Origin: Botryllus schlosseri
Lineage: Eukaryota
Direction of reading: 5' to 3'
NCBI GenBank assembly: GCA_051294905.1
Contig: CM119371.1
Span: forward strand, 39,620,001 to 39,684,000
Length of the DNA stretch: 64,000 bases
The notes beneath the pieces are model-generated. The model was given only the letters and a program-made list of their open reading frames with translations. It searched no databases and was not told the DNA's origin. Of the stretch, positions 1 to 12,533 are shown piece by piece (position 1 is the stretch's first letter; each line of letters begins with the position of its first letter). A program made the position numbers and the translations under genes.

Positions 1-1437
1 AAAAGATGATACACGGCTAACGCGACGCTGTATGGACAGGAAATACGGGTGGCAACATTATTGGGTAACGGAATCCGTTTCAACTTGTCCCTGATATTGC
101 AAATTGATTATGATTGACATGAAGAATTGAGTGGTAATTGTAATTGAAGTCGTATAGCGAGAGATGAGATTTGAGAGAACTGAATTATCAAGTCATAGTG
201 TTTTGACTCGAGCGCGAATCCACCTTTTTCAACTACGACCGAGTGATATAGAATAGTTTGCACTCATAATTTCGTAATCTTCTTCAGTCCTAACAGTTTC
301 TGGTCTTATTTTCCGAGTATCAGGACTGATAGACGAAATGCCAATCATGCAAGGGAATTCTTCGAAGTTACAATGAAATGTCTGTCTCATCTGTCCTAGT
401 CTCGAGTCATATGACTTGGTTCGAGTCATATGGCATAGGCATTGACTCGAGTCTAGTAATCAAAAAATCGTGATTGCGCTGATTTCTGGCAATCCAAAAG
501 CTAGCCTATCGTTCAGAGCGCAGAATTTGTCGAGTCTTGTCTTGATCGAAACCTACTGTCGCACTAATTCCGAAAAAATAAATCAAAATATGAATTCCGG
601 ATTTCATCCATTCACTGATTAAATTGTCAGGTTACCCTGAAAATTGCTACACACAAATGTTGGCTCAATTCCAACCAATAGAAGTGAAGTTATAGCAGTG
701 GAGAATTTTGAATTAATATTAATATGAAAATTTACAGTGAAATTTCAAATTTTTTCTGTCTACCCTATAAACATGTTAGGTTATCAGTAGAGATGATGCA
801 AACCAGATTTGGCTCAATTTAAACCACTAGAAGCGAAGTTATTGCTGTAGAAAAATTTGGATTTGAATAAAATAGTATTTACGGTGACTAACTCTTTAAA
901 TCAGTGATTCCAAACCGCGGCCCCCAGCTGGCCTTCTTGCGATCCCCAAAAAATATTGAGAAATCGTGTTATGACAAAAAATAAAATTTATATTTATAAA
1001 ACACTCTTGCTTGGCTTGGAGTCTGAAGTTTATCATTGGGATCGCAGGAAAGTCGTGAGTAGACTGCTATCGTTTCGTCACTGCTGTTTCGATGCAATGT
1101 GTCATAACTAGGGCAAGTTTTTGCTGCAGTTACATCCGCGGAAAGTTGCATTTATTTATTTATTTTTGACAAAAGTTGCGAAAGTTGCACTAAAAGACCA
1201 CATTTTGCTCGGTTGACTAAAAAAAGGTCAATTTACCGGCTCAGCTCCCGAAATGCCCGTACTTCGGTGCTGATTTACGGTGTTTCAGTCGAATTTGGCC
1301 GTTTATTTCACCAAAACAGAAAATACTTCCATGAAAAGTCGAAAAAGTTGCAAAATGTTGCATAGAGTAGCATGAAAAAAATGGACAAAAGTTACACTAT
1401 AAGATTCCTTCAAACAGCATTCTACATATCTTACGAG

Positions 1438-1616
1438 CAATGTTCCCTCTAAGCTGCGCGCGTGCGCAAATGCGCAGTACTGAAACGGTTTCCGCGCACA
1501 GAAAATCTTGGCTGCGCACAAAAAATCCGAAGTGATGACTTTTTTTAATCGTTGCGCACTGTTGTCCAAGGCACCGCGCAGGCGCTCAGACTCGAGAAAA
1601 ATGAGAGGAAACATTG
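1438..1616. mobile_element. Short hAT-type MITE-like unit with TGCGCA-rich interior
   Basis: CAATGTTCCCTCTAA ... TGAGAGGAAACATTG. Homologous segments at about 34100-34274 and 48860-48936. Confidence 0.6.
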
Positions 1617-1831
1617 CCAGGGGTAAATAGTGCTATCGCTGAAGTCTGAAACCGAGGTAAGCCTGCAGCCCGCAAAGGGAAATATTGCGCTCTGCGAAGC
1701 AATGAGAATTTGCAATCGTGTGCACCTCACGAAACAGATTTTTTTTTAGAATGATATCGTACGCGTGAGCGATACTGATATCATTTCAATAGCGCATTCC
1801 TTGTGGGAATGGCGATATAAAATGGTGTAAC

Positions 1832-4006
1832 CATAGTGTCCTATATGGTGTCGACACAAGCAAATCGCACGGTTCAATGAAATTGTATCACGTCACAGTT
1901 TCCATTTGGCTACAGGCAATTTGACGGTGATTTTTGACCGGCTTGCCGAGCATTAAATTTGATGAATCGGGTATCAATCGAAAGCTGACTCTGCATTGAT
2001 TACGAAAATATAAATTTTATTCCGCTCGCGGCCCTGGAACCCCCACAATCAGCCCCCAATTATTCATTGTCGAGTAGATTGGCAGTGTGACGCAACAAAG
2101 CTGTCTGGCGAAACGTGAGACTAGCTCAAGAGCAAGGATGCGGCCGAGCGGCGAGAGTGGGATCAGCTGACGTGACGGCAATAGCGATGTGCAAACGCGC
2201 CACAGAGAAACGCTGCGCTGTTGATACTTTTTCTATGCGTTTCGGTACAGCCGAGCACACACCAGCCTTTCCTTGACTTGTAAGGGTAGAACTGGGTCCA
2301 CAGAATGTATTAGGGCCCTACCAATTTTCGCGCAATATCCTTCAGCTGATAAAGATATGTAGGCTACATCTAAGTAGTCTACATTGGATATGTCAGATTA
2401 TTATGATATCGATTGCCTTAGCCCGCTTGTTGCGTAGGGCTCCAGAGACACGACGCGCTGTTGATGGCGGGTGTCGATATTTTCTATAGTCGCTTTTATG
2501 GTTAAGTGTGAGCAAGGATCATTGACCATGAGCATACATTGCAAGCTTTTATTTGATCCGTATGGGTAGGACTTGGTCCGCGAATGCAGCAGGTAAAATG
2601 TTGATTGTTGAATAAAGTTTAACAGCAGGAGTGTCGAATTAAACTGGTATCGCTGTCGCGATTCAATCCGTTACTAGAAAGCTTGCGGGCCATACCTGCC
2701 AAATGATTCCAAAATGTTACCACCAAATTCATACCTTTGTTTTTCACTGGAATATATCTGATATCACTATAAACGTTGACGTTGGAATTTGGTTTAGCAT
2801 TTTTCAATCACCAAATAGCGTTTTTGAATGCCGGGGACCTTTTGCGTCAAAAGTAATACAGTGGTATCGCAGATATTTGAATTATATTCATCCTGTAGCC
2901 TGTATATATATTCCTAATGTAACTTACGTAAAACGGATTTGCAGTATTTTTTTCGCATCTGTGAATAACTGAATTTCCATTGTCCATTCGGCCCAACAGA
3001 GTTTGCACTTTTTCGCCTTCTCGGAATTTGGCAAGGTCACCGACGTGGTGCTTATGGGGACTAGAGTGAAAACTCAACACTGTAGTTGTATTACTACAAT
3101 ATGACGCGAAACAATAACTTCATATTGTTAATTTATTCGCTAAAAGCTTTTCGACTAACTCTCATCAGTAGCAATAATAACTACAATATGATATATTTAC
3201 ATTATCTAAATTTGCTGTCTTGAGTGAATCTTATTACTTGAAAGTATATTTTTCTTACTAGAAATATCTCTAACAGCTGAAGGATTGAGCAAAAATTGCG
3301 CGCAAATACATTCTGTGGACCCAGTTCTACCATTACAAGTCAAGGAAAGGCTGGTTTGTGCTCGCTTTTAGCGAAGCGCATAGAAAAAGTATCAACAGCC
3401 CTACGCAACAAGCGGGCTAAGGCAATCGATATCATAATAATCTGACATATCCAATGTAGACTACTTAGATGTAGCCTACATATCTTTATCAGCTGAAGGA
3501 TATTGCGCGAAAATTGGTAGGGCCCTAATACATTCTGTGGACCCAGTTCTACCCTTACAAGTCAAGGAAAGGCTGGTGTGTGCTCGGCTGTACCGAAACG
3601 CATAGAAAAAGTATCAACAGCGCAGCGTTTCTCTGTGGCGCGTTTGCACATCGCTATTGCCGTCACGTCAGCTGATCCCACTCTCGCCGCTCGGCCGCAT
3701 CCTTGCTCTTGAGCTAGTCTCACGTTTCGCCAGACAGCTTTGTTGCGTCACACTGCCAATCTACTCGACAATGAATAATTGGGGGCTGATTGTGGGGGTT
3801 CCAGGGCCGCGAGCGGAATAAAATTTATATTTTCGTAATCAATGCAGAGTCAGCTTTCGATTGATACCCGATTCATCAAATTTAATGCTCGGAAAGCCGG
3901 TCAAAAATCACCGTCAAATTGCCTGTAGCCAAATGGAAACTGTGACGTGATACAATTTCATTGAACCGTGCGATTTGCTTGTGTCGACACCATATAGGAC
4001 ACTATG
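1832..4006. mobile_element. P-element-like non-autonomous element with 610-bp inverted arms
   Basis: Arms 1832-2441 and 3397-4006 are reverse complements (one mismatch noticed). Ends CATAG...CTATG; 7-bp direct repeat GTGTAAC at 1825-1831 and 4007-4013; THAP-like relic in the spacer. Confidence 0.7.
2780..3123 (-). pseudogene. Degenerate THAP zinc-finger coding relic
   Basis: Minus strand reads SYCFASYCSNTTTVLSFHSSP (THAP N-terminus CxxxxC...SFHxFP), with later NIC and LKNAKP (AVP-box-like) fragments in other frames. Confidence 0.55.
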
Positions 4007-4769
4007 GTGTAACGAAGTTGTAAATAACAATGGGCTCTAGCTCGAAGTTAAACTACGAGAAACTAACGAATAGTCTTGTCCGCGTGGCATGATTGTTATG
4101 TAATATTTACTTTACAATTGCATGTCGCGAATTTTTGAAGTCATCACTTCCATCAGGCAAATCTGATCACGTATGGTGATATAGGGTAATATGCAGAATA
4201 TGCAAGTACAAGCACTAATATTGTTGAAAAAATCCATCCCTTTGCAAACGTTGATCAGGAAATGCAGCAACTATATGCACTTTAAGGCGTTGCGTTGGAT
4301 CAGCTTCTCAGCAGCACAAATTTGTGATTTTATTCGATTGGTTTGAACGGGTATCTTCTGTAGATAAGGTCATACGGTGATCTTGTTCTTGCTTCAATCA
4401 GACTTGAATATTCGTATCATTATATCTGACTGTATGTCTTGAAAGTAATGAGTGCGTTGCCGGTATCAAGACGTCACATCAGTGTTTTAACGCGATAGGC
4501 CTACATCGATCGCATGTATTGATTTCGGGTGCGTTCTCGTGCGTGTATGTCTGTCTTCTAGTAATCCATAGTATATCAACATACGTACATTGATTAATTG
4601 TGACGTCACACGTAGTCGCACAGCATTACGATTCGCCGTATATAGTAATTGCGGTTACATGCGTCCATTTGTGTCGCTGTAAGTGTTTTAGCTAGCTGCT
4701 TGCCGGTGGGCCAACGTTGAGTGAATACTCACTAATTCTGCTTAGCACTGTTTCTACTGACCGCTTTTA

Positions 4770-6443
4770 ATGATGGCAAAACGAATGGGTGGTTTCTCAT
4801 CCCCCAACCAAGCCAAATTGACAAAGAGCTGTGATTCGTTTAAAATAGAATGGTTGTCGGAGCACGTGAAAACGGAAGACAAAACAATAAAATTAGGTGA
4901 GATTTTTTCTTTCTCGAGCGAGAAAGGTCTAATGTGCAAAATATGTCGAGAAGCCAAAATATCAAACGAGTTTTCGGATGGTAAAATGTGGAAAGCATGG
5001 AGGCTGGATTACCTTAAGCGTCACATTAAGCACAAAACCCACGTGAAAGCGGTCGGAATCGTAAGAAGGTGCAAGATGAGAATTGGAATCGGTACATTAC
5101 TGACTGAGAGCATCAACGATCGATAGAAGAGGAGCGAGCTGTCACTCGTGAAGAAATCCAACCCCGAGCAAGTTAAGGTTCTCGTCGACAATATTCTCCT
5201 AGCCATAAACATGAATACTTCTATGCTGTCAGTTCAACAAATTCACGATCACATGGCAAAGTACGTGAGTGTTCCAGAGAGCTGGCGAAGCAAAAATTAT
5301 GCCTTTGAGTTTGTGAATTCTATCAATCAAATAGTGCAGAATGAGACAATGTGCAAACTTAGAAATGCACATTGGCACACTCTGATCGTGGATGAGAGCA
5401 CAGACATAACAGTGCACAAAATGCTAGTGCTTTACATTAAATATAGAGAGGAAAATGAGGTCGACTACAAAACTGTGTTTGGAGGTATTTCCCAGCTGAC
5501 TGGATGCACCGCTCGGGATATTGTGCAGGCAATAACTCAGTTTTACGCCAAGCATAAATTAGACATGCAGAGAATGGTGATGCTGACCTCCGACGGTGCC
5601 TCAGTAATGTTGGGAAAGCACAACGGAGTTGCAGCGTTATTAAAGCAGCAAATACCACATCTAACAGAACAGCACTGTGTTGCCCATAGAGAAGACTTGG
5701 GCATTGTTGATGCATGGAAAGACGTCCCTGCGATGCGTGACGTGGAAACGTTTCTTAGAACGGTGTATTCCACTTTCTCTAGATCCACTGTAAAAAAGGG
5801 GAAATTGGAAGACCTATCGAATATTCTTGATGAGGATTCGCTGTCATTCAGACCTCTGAACGAAGTACGGTGGCTTTCGCGGCACCAAGCTGTGAAGGCT
5901 GTTCTGAGGAACTACACAGTTCTCGAAGAATACTGCAGGAGAGAATCATCCAGTAATTATAGAGATCCAGTGACAAAATACTGTTACAAAAAGCTGACGG
6001 ATTCAAAATTCAAGTTTATTCTTACTGCTCTGGGAGATGTTTTGGATGACCTGGCACAACTGTGTCTTTCTTTTCAAAAACGCAATCTGACTGTGATGGA
6101 GGGACACTGCCTTGCAAGAGCAAAGATTGAGAAGCTGCGTTCTCAGTATCTGAAAGAAGGAAAGGTTATCAAGTGGAGTGACCGCGTCAAAGAGGTGATG
6201 AGGGCTGGGTCAGCTGAAGTCATAGATACCGACGCGATTATTTGTTTTATTCGTAATCTTTGCGATCACTTGGATGCTCGATTTCCAGAGAATGAATTGA
6301 AGGAGTGGTCTGCATTGGACTGTGAGGCATTGAGTTCAGATATCAGTTCTGACTTCGAGTACGGAGCAGCAGACATTGCCATATTAACAAAGAAGTATGA
6401 GGACATTTTCCACCAGCCAAATTCTATGGAGGCCATTCACGAT
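4770..6443 (+). pseudogene. hAT transposase, ZNF862/Tip100-like, 5' part
   Basis: ORFs 4770-5126 and 5148-6470 are in the same frame, separated by one TAG. Zinc finger CKIC...LKRH...H, plus DESTD, SDGASVM, HCVAHR (CxxH) and VRW motifs. Interrupted after ...MEAIHD. Confidence 0.92.
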
Positions 6444-6740
6444 TGTAACGTACTTTTGATCGTAGCCTAGTTACGATAGTACGTTATATTTGGCTCGATT
6501 AGAGACTTGGCTGTATCAACTTAGACTGATCGAGTAGCTTGCTAACTCGATTCCAACCACTACCTAGTTTCTATGCGTCCTATTATCCGAGCCTACCCCT
6601 GAGACACGGTCAAAGTAATTCAAGCAATTACAGAAATAGGATCACAAATTTATCAAATGAAAGTCCACGTCAACTTCAAGGCAGCGGTTACAAATCGGTT
6701 AACAACAGTTAACTCTCTAGGCTAAACTTATAATCTAAAT

Positions 6741-9700
6741 CAGAGGTCTCAAACACGCGGCCCGCCAGATCATTTTGTGCGGCCCGCGTCGGCATGTTGG
6801 ATTTTTAGTATTCGACAGTATTCAACTGCAACACATCTTTTTTAAGATTTGAGAACTTGAAATTCGCTCTAAAACTTCTCCAAATTCCTGAAACTTTACT
6901 CATCAAACTTCACTATCATAGGCTTACCATATTTTGAAAATGTAAAAAGAGGAGACACTTTTTCAGAAATTTGCAAGATGCAAAACCGGAGTAGAATTCT
7001 CAAAAACCGGTGAATTTTTCCCACTTTGTGATCGGTTTGACTAAAAAAAAAAAAAAGGTCATCACTTCCGCTCAGAGCCCAAAATACCGTTTTTCTCTCC
7101 ACATTGCCGGGTGGAAGATTATACAAAAAAAAGGTCATCTTTTCGCTCAGAGCTAAATTCACCGTTTTTCACTCCGAAATATCCGCCGGACCGTCACTTC
7201 TCTGCTAATTTACGGCATATCACTCGCAATTTGCTCTAAATCTGACGTAAATTTTCAAAAAAGAGGTCAAAATCTCAAAAAAGAGGACAAAAGGGCGTCC
7301 TCCGAGGACACTTTAAAAAAAGTCAAAAAAGAGGACAAATCCTCTTAAAAGAGGACGTATGGTAAGCCTACACTGTCACATCACCTCCAAAAGTTACCAT
7401 GCGGTGGAAGATCACGTCACATTACTTGTTTAGGATGATAGGACTTGACCCATTGATAATTCGTGAATTTGTGATTTGTACTTGGGCGCGACATTTTGTA
7501 GAATTACTCGAACTCGTACTGAATGGGTGATAAAATAAGGATAACTCGAGTTGAGTCGGGTGAAACGTTACAATCAGAGAAGGACATGTGACTCGGAAAG
7601 CCGTGACTTGGTACAACCACAGACGCAACCAAATACCAAAATGTTATAGTAAATGAACTGAACAAACTGAAATAGTAATATATCAAAAGGTCGTCGCTTG
7701 CGCTGTGGAGCGTATTTAGCCATCAAAGTAGGCCGGTATGGCAACCATTGGCATTTCTGTCCCGCCTCCTTAATGTGAAGTTAGTTATTTCCTGCGTAAT
7801 GTTAGGTCTCTTGAACCATGGTAATATATTGCCTATTGAAGGTGGCGAGTATAAATTAGCGGTGTTTCGCCCCATTGCTGTAACACAGAGGTCTCAAACA
7901 CGCGGCCCGCGGGCCGCATGCGGCCCGCCAGATCATTTTGTGCGGCCCGCGTCGGCATGTTGGATTTTTAGTATTCGACAGTATTCAACTGCAACACATC
8001 TTTTTTAAGATTTGAGAACTTGAAATTCGCTCCAAAACTTCTCCAAATTCCTGAAACTTTACTCATCAAACTTCACTATCATAGGCTTACCATATTTTGA
8101 AAATGTAAAAAGAGGAGACACTTTTTCAGAAATTTGCAAGATGCAAAACCGGAGTAGAATTCTCAAAAACCGGTGAATTTTTCCCACTTTGTGATCGGTT
8201 TGACTAAAAAAAAAAAAAGGTCATCACTTCCGCTCAGAGCCCAAAATACCGTTTTTCTCTCCACATTGCCGGGTGGAAGATTATACAAAAAAAAGGTCAT
8301 CTTTTCGCTCAGAGCTAAATTCACCGTTTTTCACTCCGAAATATCCGCCGGACCGTCACTTCTGTGCTAATTTACGGCATATCACTCGCAATTTGCTCTA
8401 AATCTGACGTAAATTTTCAAAAAAGAGGTCAAAATCTCAAAAAAGAGGACAAAAGGGCGTCCTCCGAGGACACTTTAAAAAAAGTCAAAAAAGAGGACAA
8501 ATCCTCTTAAAAGAGGACGTATGGTAAGCCTACACTGTCACATCACCTCCAAAAGTTACCATGCGGTGGAAGATCACGTCACATTACTTGTTTAGGATGA
8601 TAGGACTTGACCCATTGATAATTCGTGAATTTGTGATTTGTACTTGGGCGCGACATTTTGTAGAAATACTCGAACTGGTACTGAATGGGTGATAAAATAA
8701 GGATGACTCGAGTTGAGTCGGGTGAAACGTTACAATCAGAGAAGGACATGTGACTCGGAAAGCCGTGACTTGGTACAACCACAGACGCAACCAAATACCA
8801 AAATGTTATAGTAAATGAACTGAACAAACTGAAATAGTAATATATCAAAAGGTCGTCGCTTGCGCTGTGGAGCGTATTTAGCCATCAAAGTAGGCCGGTA
8901 TGGCAACCATTGGCATTTCTGTCCCGCCTCCTTAATGTGAAGTTAGTTATTTCCTGCGTAATGTTAGGTCTCTTGAACCATGGTAATATATTGCCTATTG
9001 AAGGTGGCGAGTATAAATTAGCGGTGTTTCGCTCCATTGCTGTAACACAGAGGTCTCAAACACGCGGCACGCGGGCCGCATGCGGCCCGCCAGATCATTT
9101 TGTGCGGCCCGCGTCGGCATGTTGGATTTTTAGTATTCGACAGTATTCAACTGCAACACATCTTTTTTAAGATTTGAGAACTTGAAATTCGCTCTAAAAC
9201 TTCTCCAAATTCCTGAAACTTTACTCATCAAACTTCACTATCATAGGCTTACCATATTTTGAAAATGTAAAAAGAGGAGACACTTTTTCAGAAATTTGCA
9301 AGATGCAAAACCGGAGTAGAATTCTCAAAAACCGGTGAATTTTTCCCACTTTGTGATCGGTTTGACTAAAAAAAAAAAAAGGTCATCACTTCCGCTCAGA
9401 GCCCAAAATACCGTTTTTCTCTCCACATTGCCGGGTGGAAGATTATACAAAAAAAAGGTCATCTTTTCGCTCAGAGCTAAATTCACCGTTTTTCACTCCG
9501 AAATATCCGCCGGACCGTCACTTCTCTGCTAATTTACGGCATATCACTCGCAATTTGCTCTAAATCTGACGTAAATTTTCAAAAAAGAGGTCAAAATCTC
9601 AAAAAAGAGGACAAAAGGGCGTCCTCCGAGGACACTTTAAAAAAAGTCAAAAAAGAGGACAAATCCTCTTAAAAGAGGACGTATGGTAAGCCTACACTGT

Positions 9701-12533
9701 CACATCACCTCCAAAAGTTACCATGCGGTGGAAGATCACGTCACATTACTTGTTTAGGATGATAGGACTTGACCCATTGATAATTCGTGAATTTGTGATT
9801 TGTACTTGGGCGCGACATTTTGTAGAATTACTCGAACTCGTACTGAATGGGTGATAAAATAAGGATGACTCGAGTTGAGTCGGGTGAAACGTTACAATCA
9901 GAGAAGGACATGTGACTCGGAAAGCCGTGACTTGGTACAACCACAGACGCAACCAAATACCAAAATGTTATAGTAAATGAACTGAACAAACTGAAATAGT
10001 AATATATCAAAAGGTCGTCGCTTGCGCTGTGGAGCGTATTTAGCCATCAAAGTAGGCCGGTATGGCAACCATTGGCATTTCTGTCCCGCCTCCTTAATGT
10101 GAAGTTAGTTATTTCCTGCGTAATGTTAGGTCTCTTGAACCATGGTAATATATTGCCTATTGAAGGTGGCGAGTATAAATTAGCGGTGTTTCGCTCCATT
10201 GCTGTAACACAGAGGTCTCAAACACGCGGCCCGCGGGCCGCATGCGGCCCGCCAGATCATTTTGTGCGGCCCGCGTCGGCATGTTGGATTTTTAGTATTC
10301 GACAGTATTCAACTGCAACACATCTTTTTTAAGATTTGAGAACTTGAAATTCGCTCTAAAACTTCTCCAAATTCCTGAAACTTTACTCATCAAACTTCAC
10401 TATCATAGGCTTACCATATTTTGAAAATGTAAAAAGAGGAGACACTTTTTCAGAAATTTGCAAGATGCAAAACCGGAGTAGAATTCTCAAAAACCGGTGA
10501 ATTTTTCCCACTTTGTGATCGGTTTGACTAAAACAAAAAAAAGGTCATCACTTCCGCTCAGAGCCCAAAATACCGTTTTTCTCTCCACATTGCCGGGTGG
10601 AAGATTATACAAAAAAAAGGTCATCTTTTCGCTCAGAGCTAAATTCACCGTTTTTCACTCCGAAATATCCGCCGGACCGTCACTTCTGTGCTAATTTACG
10701 GCATATCACTCGCAATTTGCTCTAAATCGAACGTAAATTTTCAAAAAAGAGGTCAAAATCTCAAAAAAGAGGACAAAAGGGCGTCCTCCGAGGACACTTT
10801 AAAAAAAGTCAAAAAAGAGGACAAATCCTCTTAAAAGAGGACGTATGGTAAGCCTACACTGTCACATCACCTCCAAAAGTTACCATGCGGTGGAAGATCA
10901 CGTCACATTACTTGTTTAGGATGATAGGACTTGACCCATTGATAATTCGTGAATTTGTGATTTGTACTTGGGCGCGACATTTTGTAGAAATACTCGAACT
11001 CGTACTGAATGGGTGATAAAATAAGGATGACTCGAGTTGAGTCGGGTGAAACGTTACAATCAGAGAAGGACATGTGACTCGGAAAGCCGTGACTTGGTAC
11101 AACCACAGACGCAACCAAATACCAAAATGTTATAGTAAATGAACTGAACAAACTGAAATAGTAATATATCAAAAGGTCGTCGCTTGCGCTGTGGAGCGTA
11201 TTTAGCCATCAAAGTAGGCCGGTATGGCAACCATTGGCATTTCTGTCCCGCCTCCTTAATGTGAAGTTAGTTATTTCCTGCGTAATGTTAGGTCTCTTGA
11301 ACCATGGTAATATATTGCCTATTGAAGGTGGCGAGTATAAATTAGCGTTGTTTCGCTCCATTGCTGTAACACCAATGGATTCGTCGGCGACTAAAAACTT
11401 ATATTGCTATAACACATTAATCAGTCGACAGTTGTTATTGATCTGTAAATCTAACGCTGATTTGGTTTTACTTTGGTAATGATAAATAGTCAAGTTATCA
11501 GGAGTATGCCCGCAACCCAGATTAGGAAGTATCGCTCCAATGCTTCGATCAGATCAAAATATGTTAAACTTTTCTATAATCTACCAATAATTGCGACACG
11601 TCAAATGTCTGCTAGCTGCCAAATTATAACGCGACAGCTTTTACGATGTCATGAGATGCATTTGTACTCTCGCATGGTGACTACAACTAGATATTTTGAC
11701 AGACTATGCCAAGTACAACAACAATTTTATTCAAACATTTGAAAATGTGATATTTTTCGTACTAGGCGTGAATTCACGATAGTAAATCACATTTCGCGTT
11801 GCGTGCATTATGCCTGTTTTCAAAGGTCCCGTAAAATAAGGCCTATACAAGGAAATACATTGAAAACCCCTATTATTTTTGCTGCGGCCCGCGGCGCCAT
11901 TAAAAACTAGAAATTAGCCCGCGAACACATTTGAGTTTGAGACCTCTGCTGTAACACCAATGGATTCGTCGGCGACTAAAAACTTATATTGCTATAACAC
12001 ATTAATCAGTCGACAGTTGTTATTGATCTGTAAATCTAACGCTGATTTGGTTTTACTTTGGTAATGATAAATAGTCAAGTTATCAGGAGTATGCCCGCAA
12101 CCCAGATTAGGAAGTATCGCTCCAATGCTTCGATCAGATCAAAATATGTTAAACTTTTCTATAATCTACCAATAATTGCGACACGTCAAATGTCTGCTAG
12201 CTGCCAAATTATAACGCGACAGCTTTTACGATGTCATGAGATGCATTTGTACTCTCGCATGGTGACTACAACTAGATATTTTGACAGACTATGCCAAGTA
12301 CAACAACAATTTTATTCAAACATTTGAAAATGTGATATTTTTCGTACTAGGCGTGAATTCACGATAGTAAATCACATTTCGCGTTGCGTGCATTATGCCT
12401 GTTTTCAAAGGTCCCGTAAAATAAGGCCTATACAAGGAAATACATTGAAAACCCCTATTATTTTTGCTGCGGCCCGCGGCGCCATTAAAAACTAGAAATT
12501 GGCCCGCGAACACATTTGAGTTTGAGACCTCTG
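6741..12533 (+). mobile_element. Composite hAT (Buster/Charlie-like) MITE array: 4 left units of ~1162 bp plus 2 right units of 585 bp
   Basis: TIR CAGAGGTCTCAAAC at 6741, 7886, 9048 and 10210; GTTTGAGACCTCTG ending at 11948 and 12533. Outer TSD ATCTAAAT (6733-6740 / 12534-12541); inner TSD CTGTAACA. Confidence 0.93.
6919..7370. mobile_element. Nested hAT MITE, repeated in each left unit (about 8082-8532, 9244-9694, 10406-10856)
   Basis: TIR TAGGCTTACCATA...TATGGTAAGCCTA; TSD CACTATCA / CACTGTCA; AAAGAGGAC subterminal motifs. Confidence 0.88.

Noticed and set aside
1..1430. GACTCGA-rich and other MITE fragments, and short ORFs
   Set aside because: No paired ends or TSDs could be defined; 598-720 only matches 33990-34080 in reverse as a dispersed repeat fragment.
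6896..12513. Recurring short ORFs in the MITE array
   Set aside because: They recur only because the DNA is duplicated; they cross TIR/TSD junctions and have no recognisable domains.
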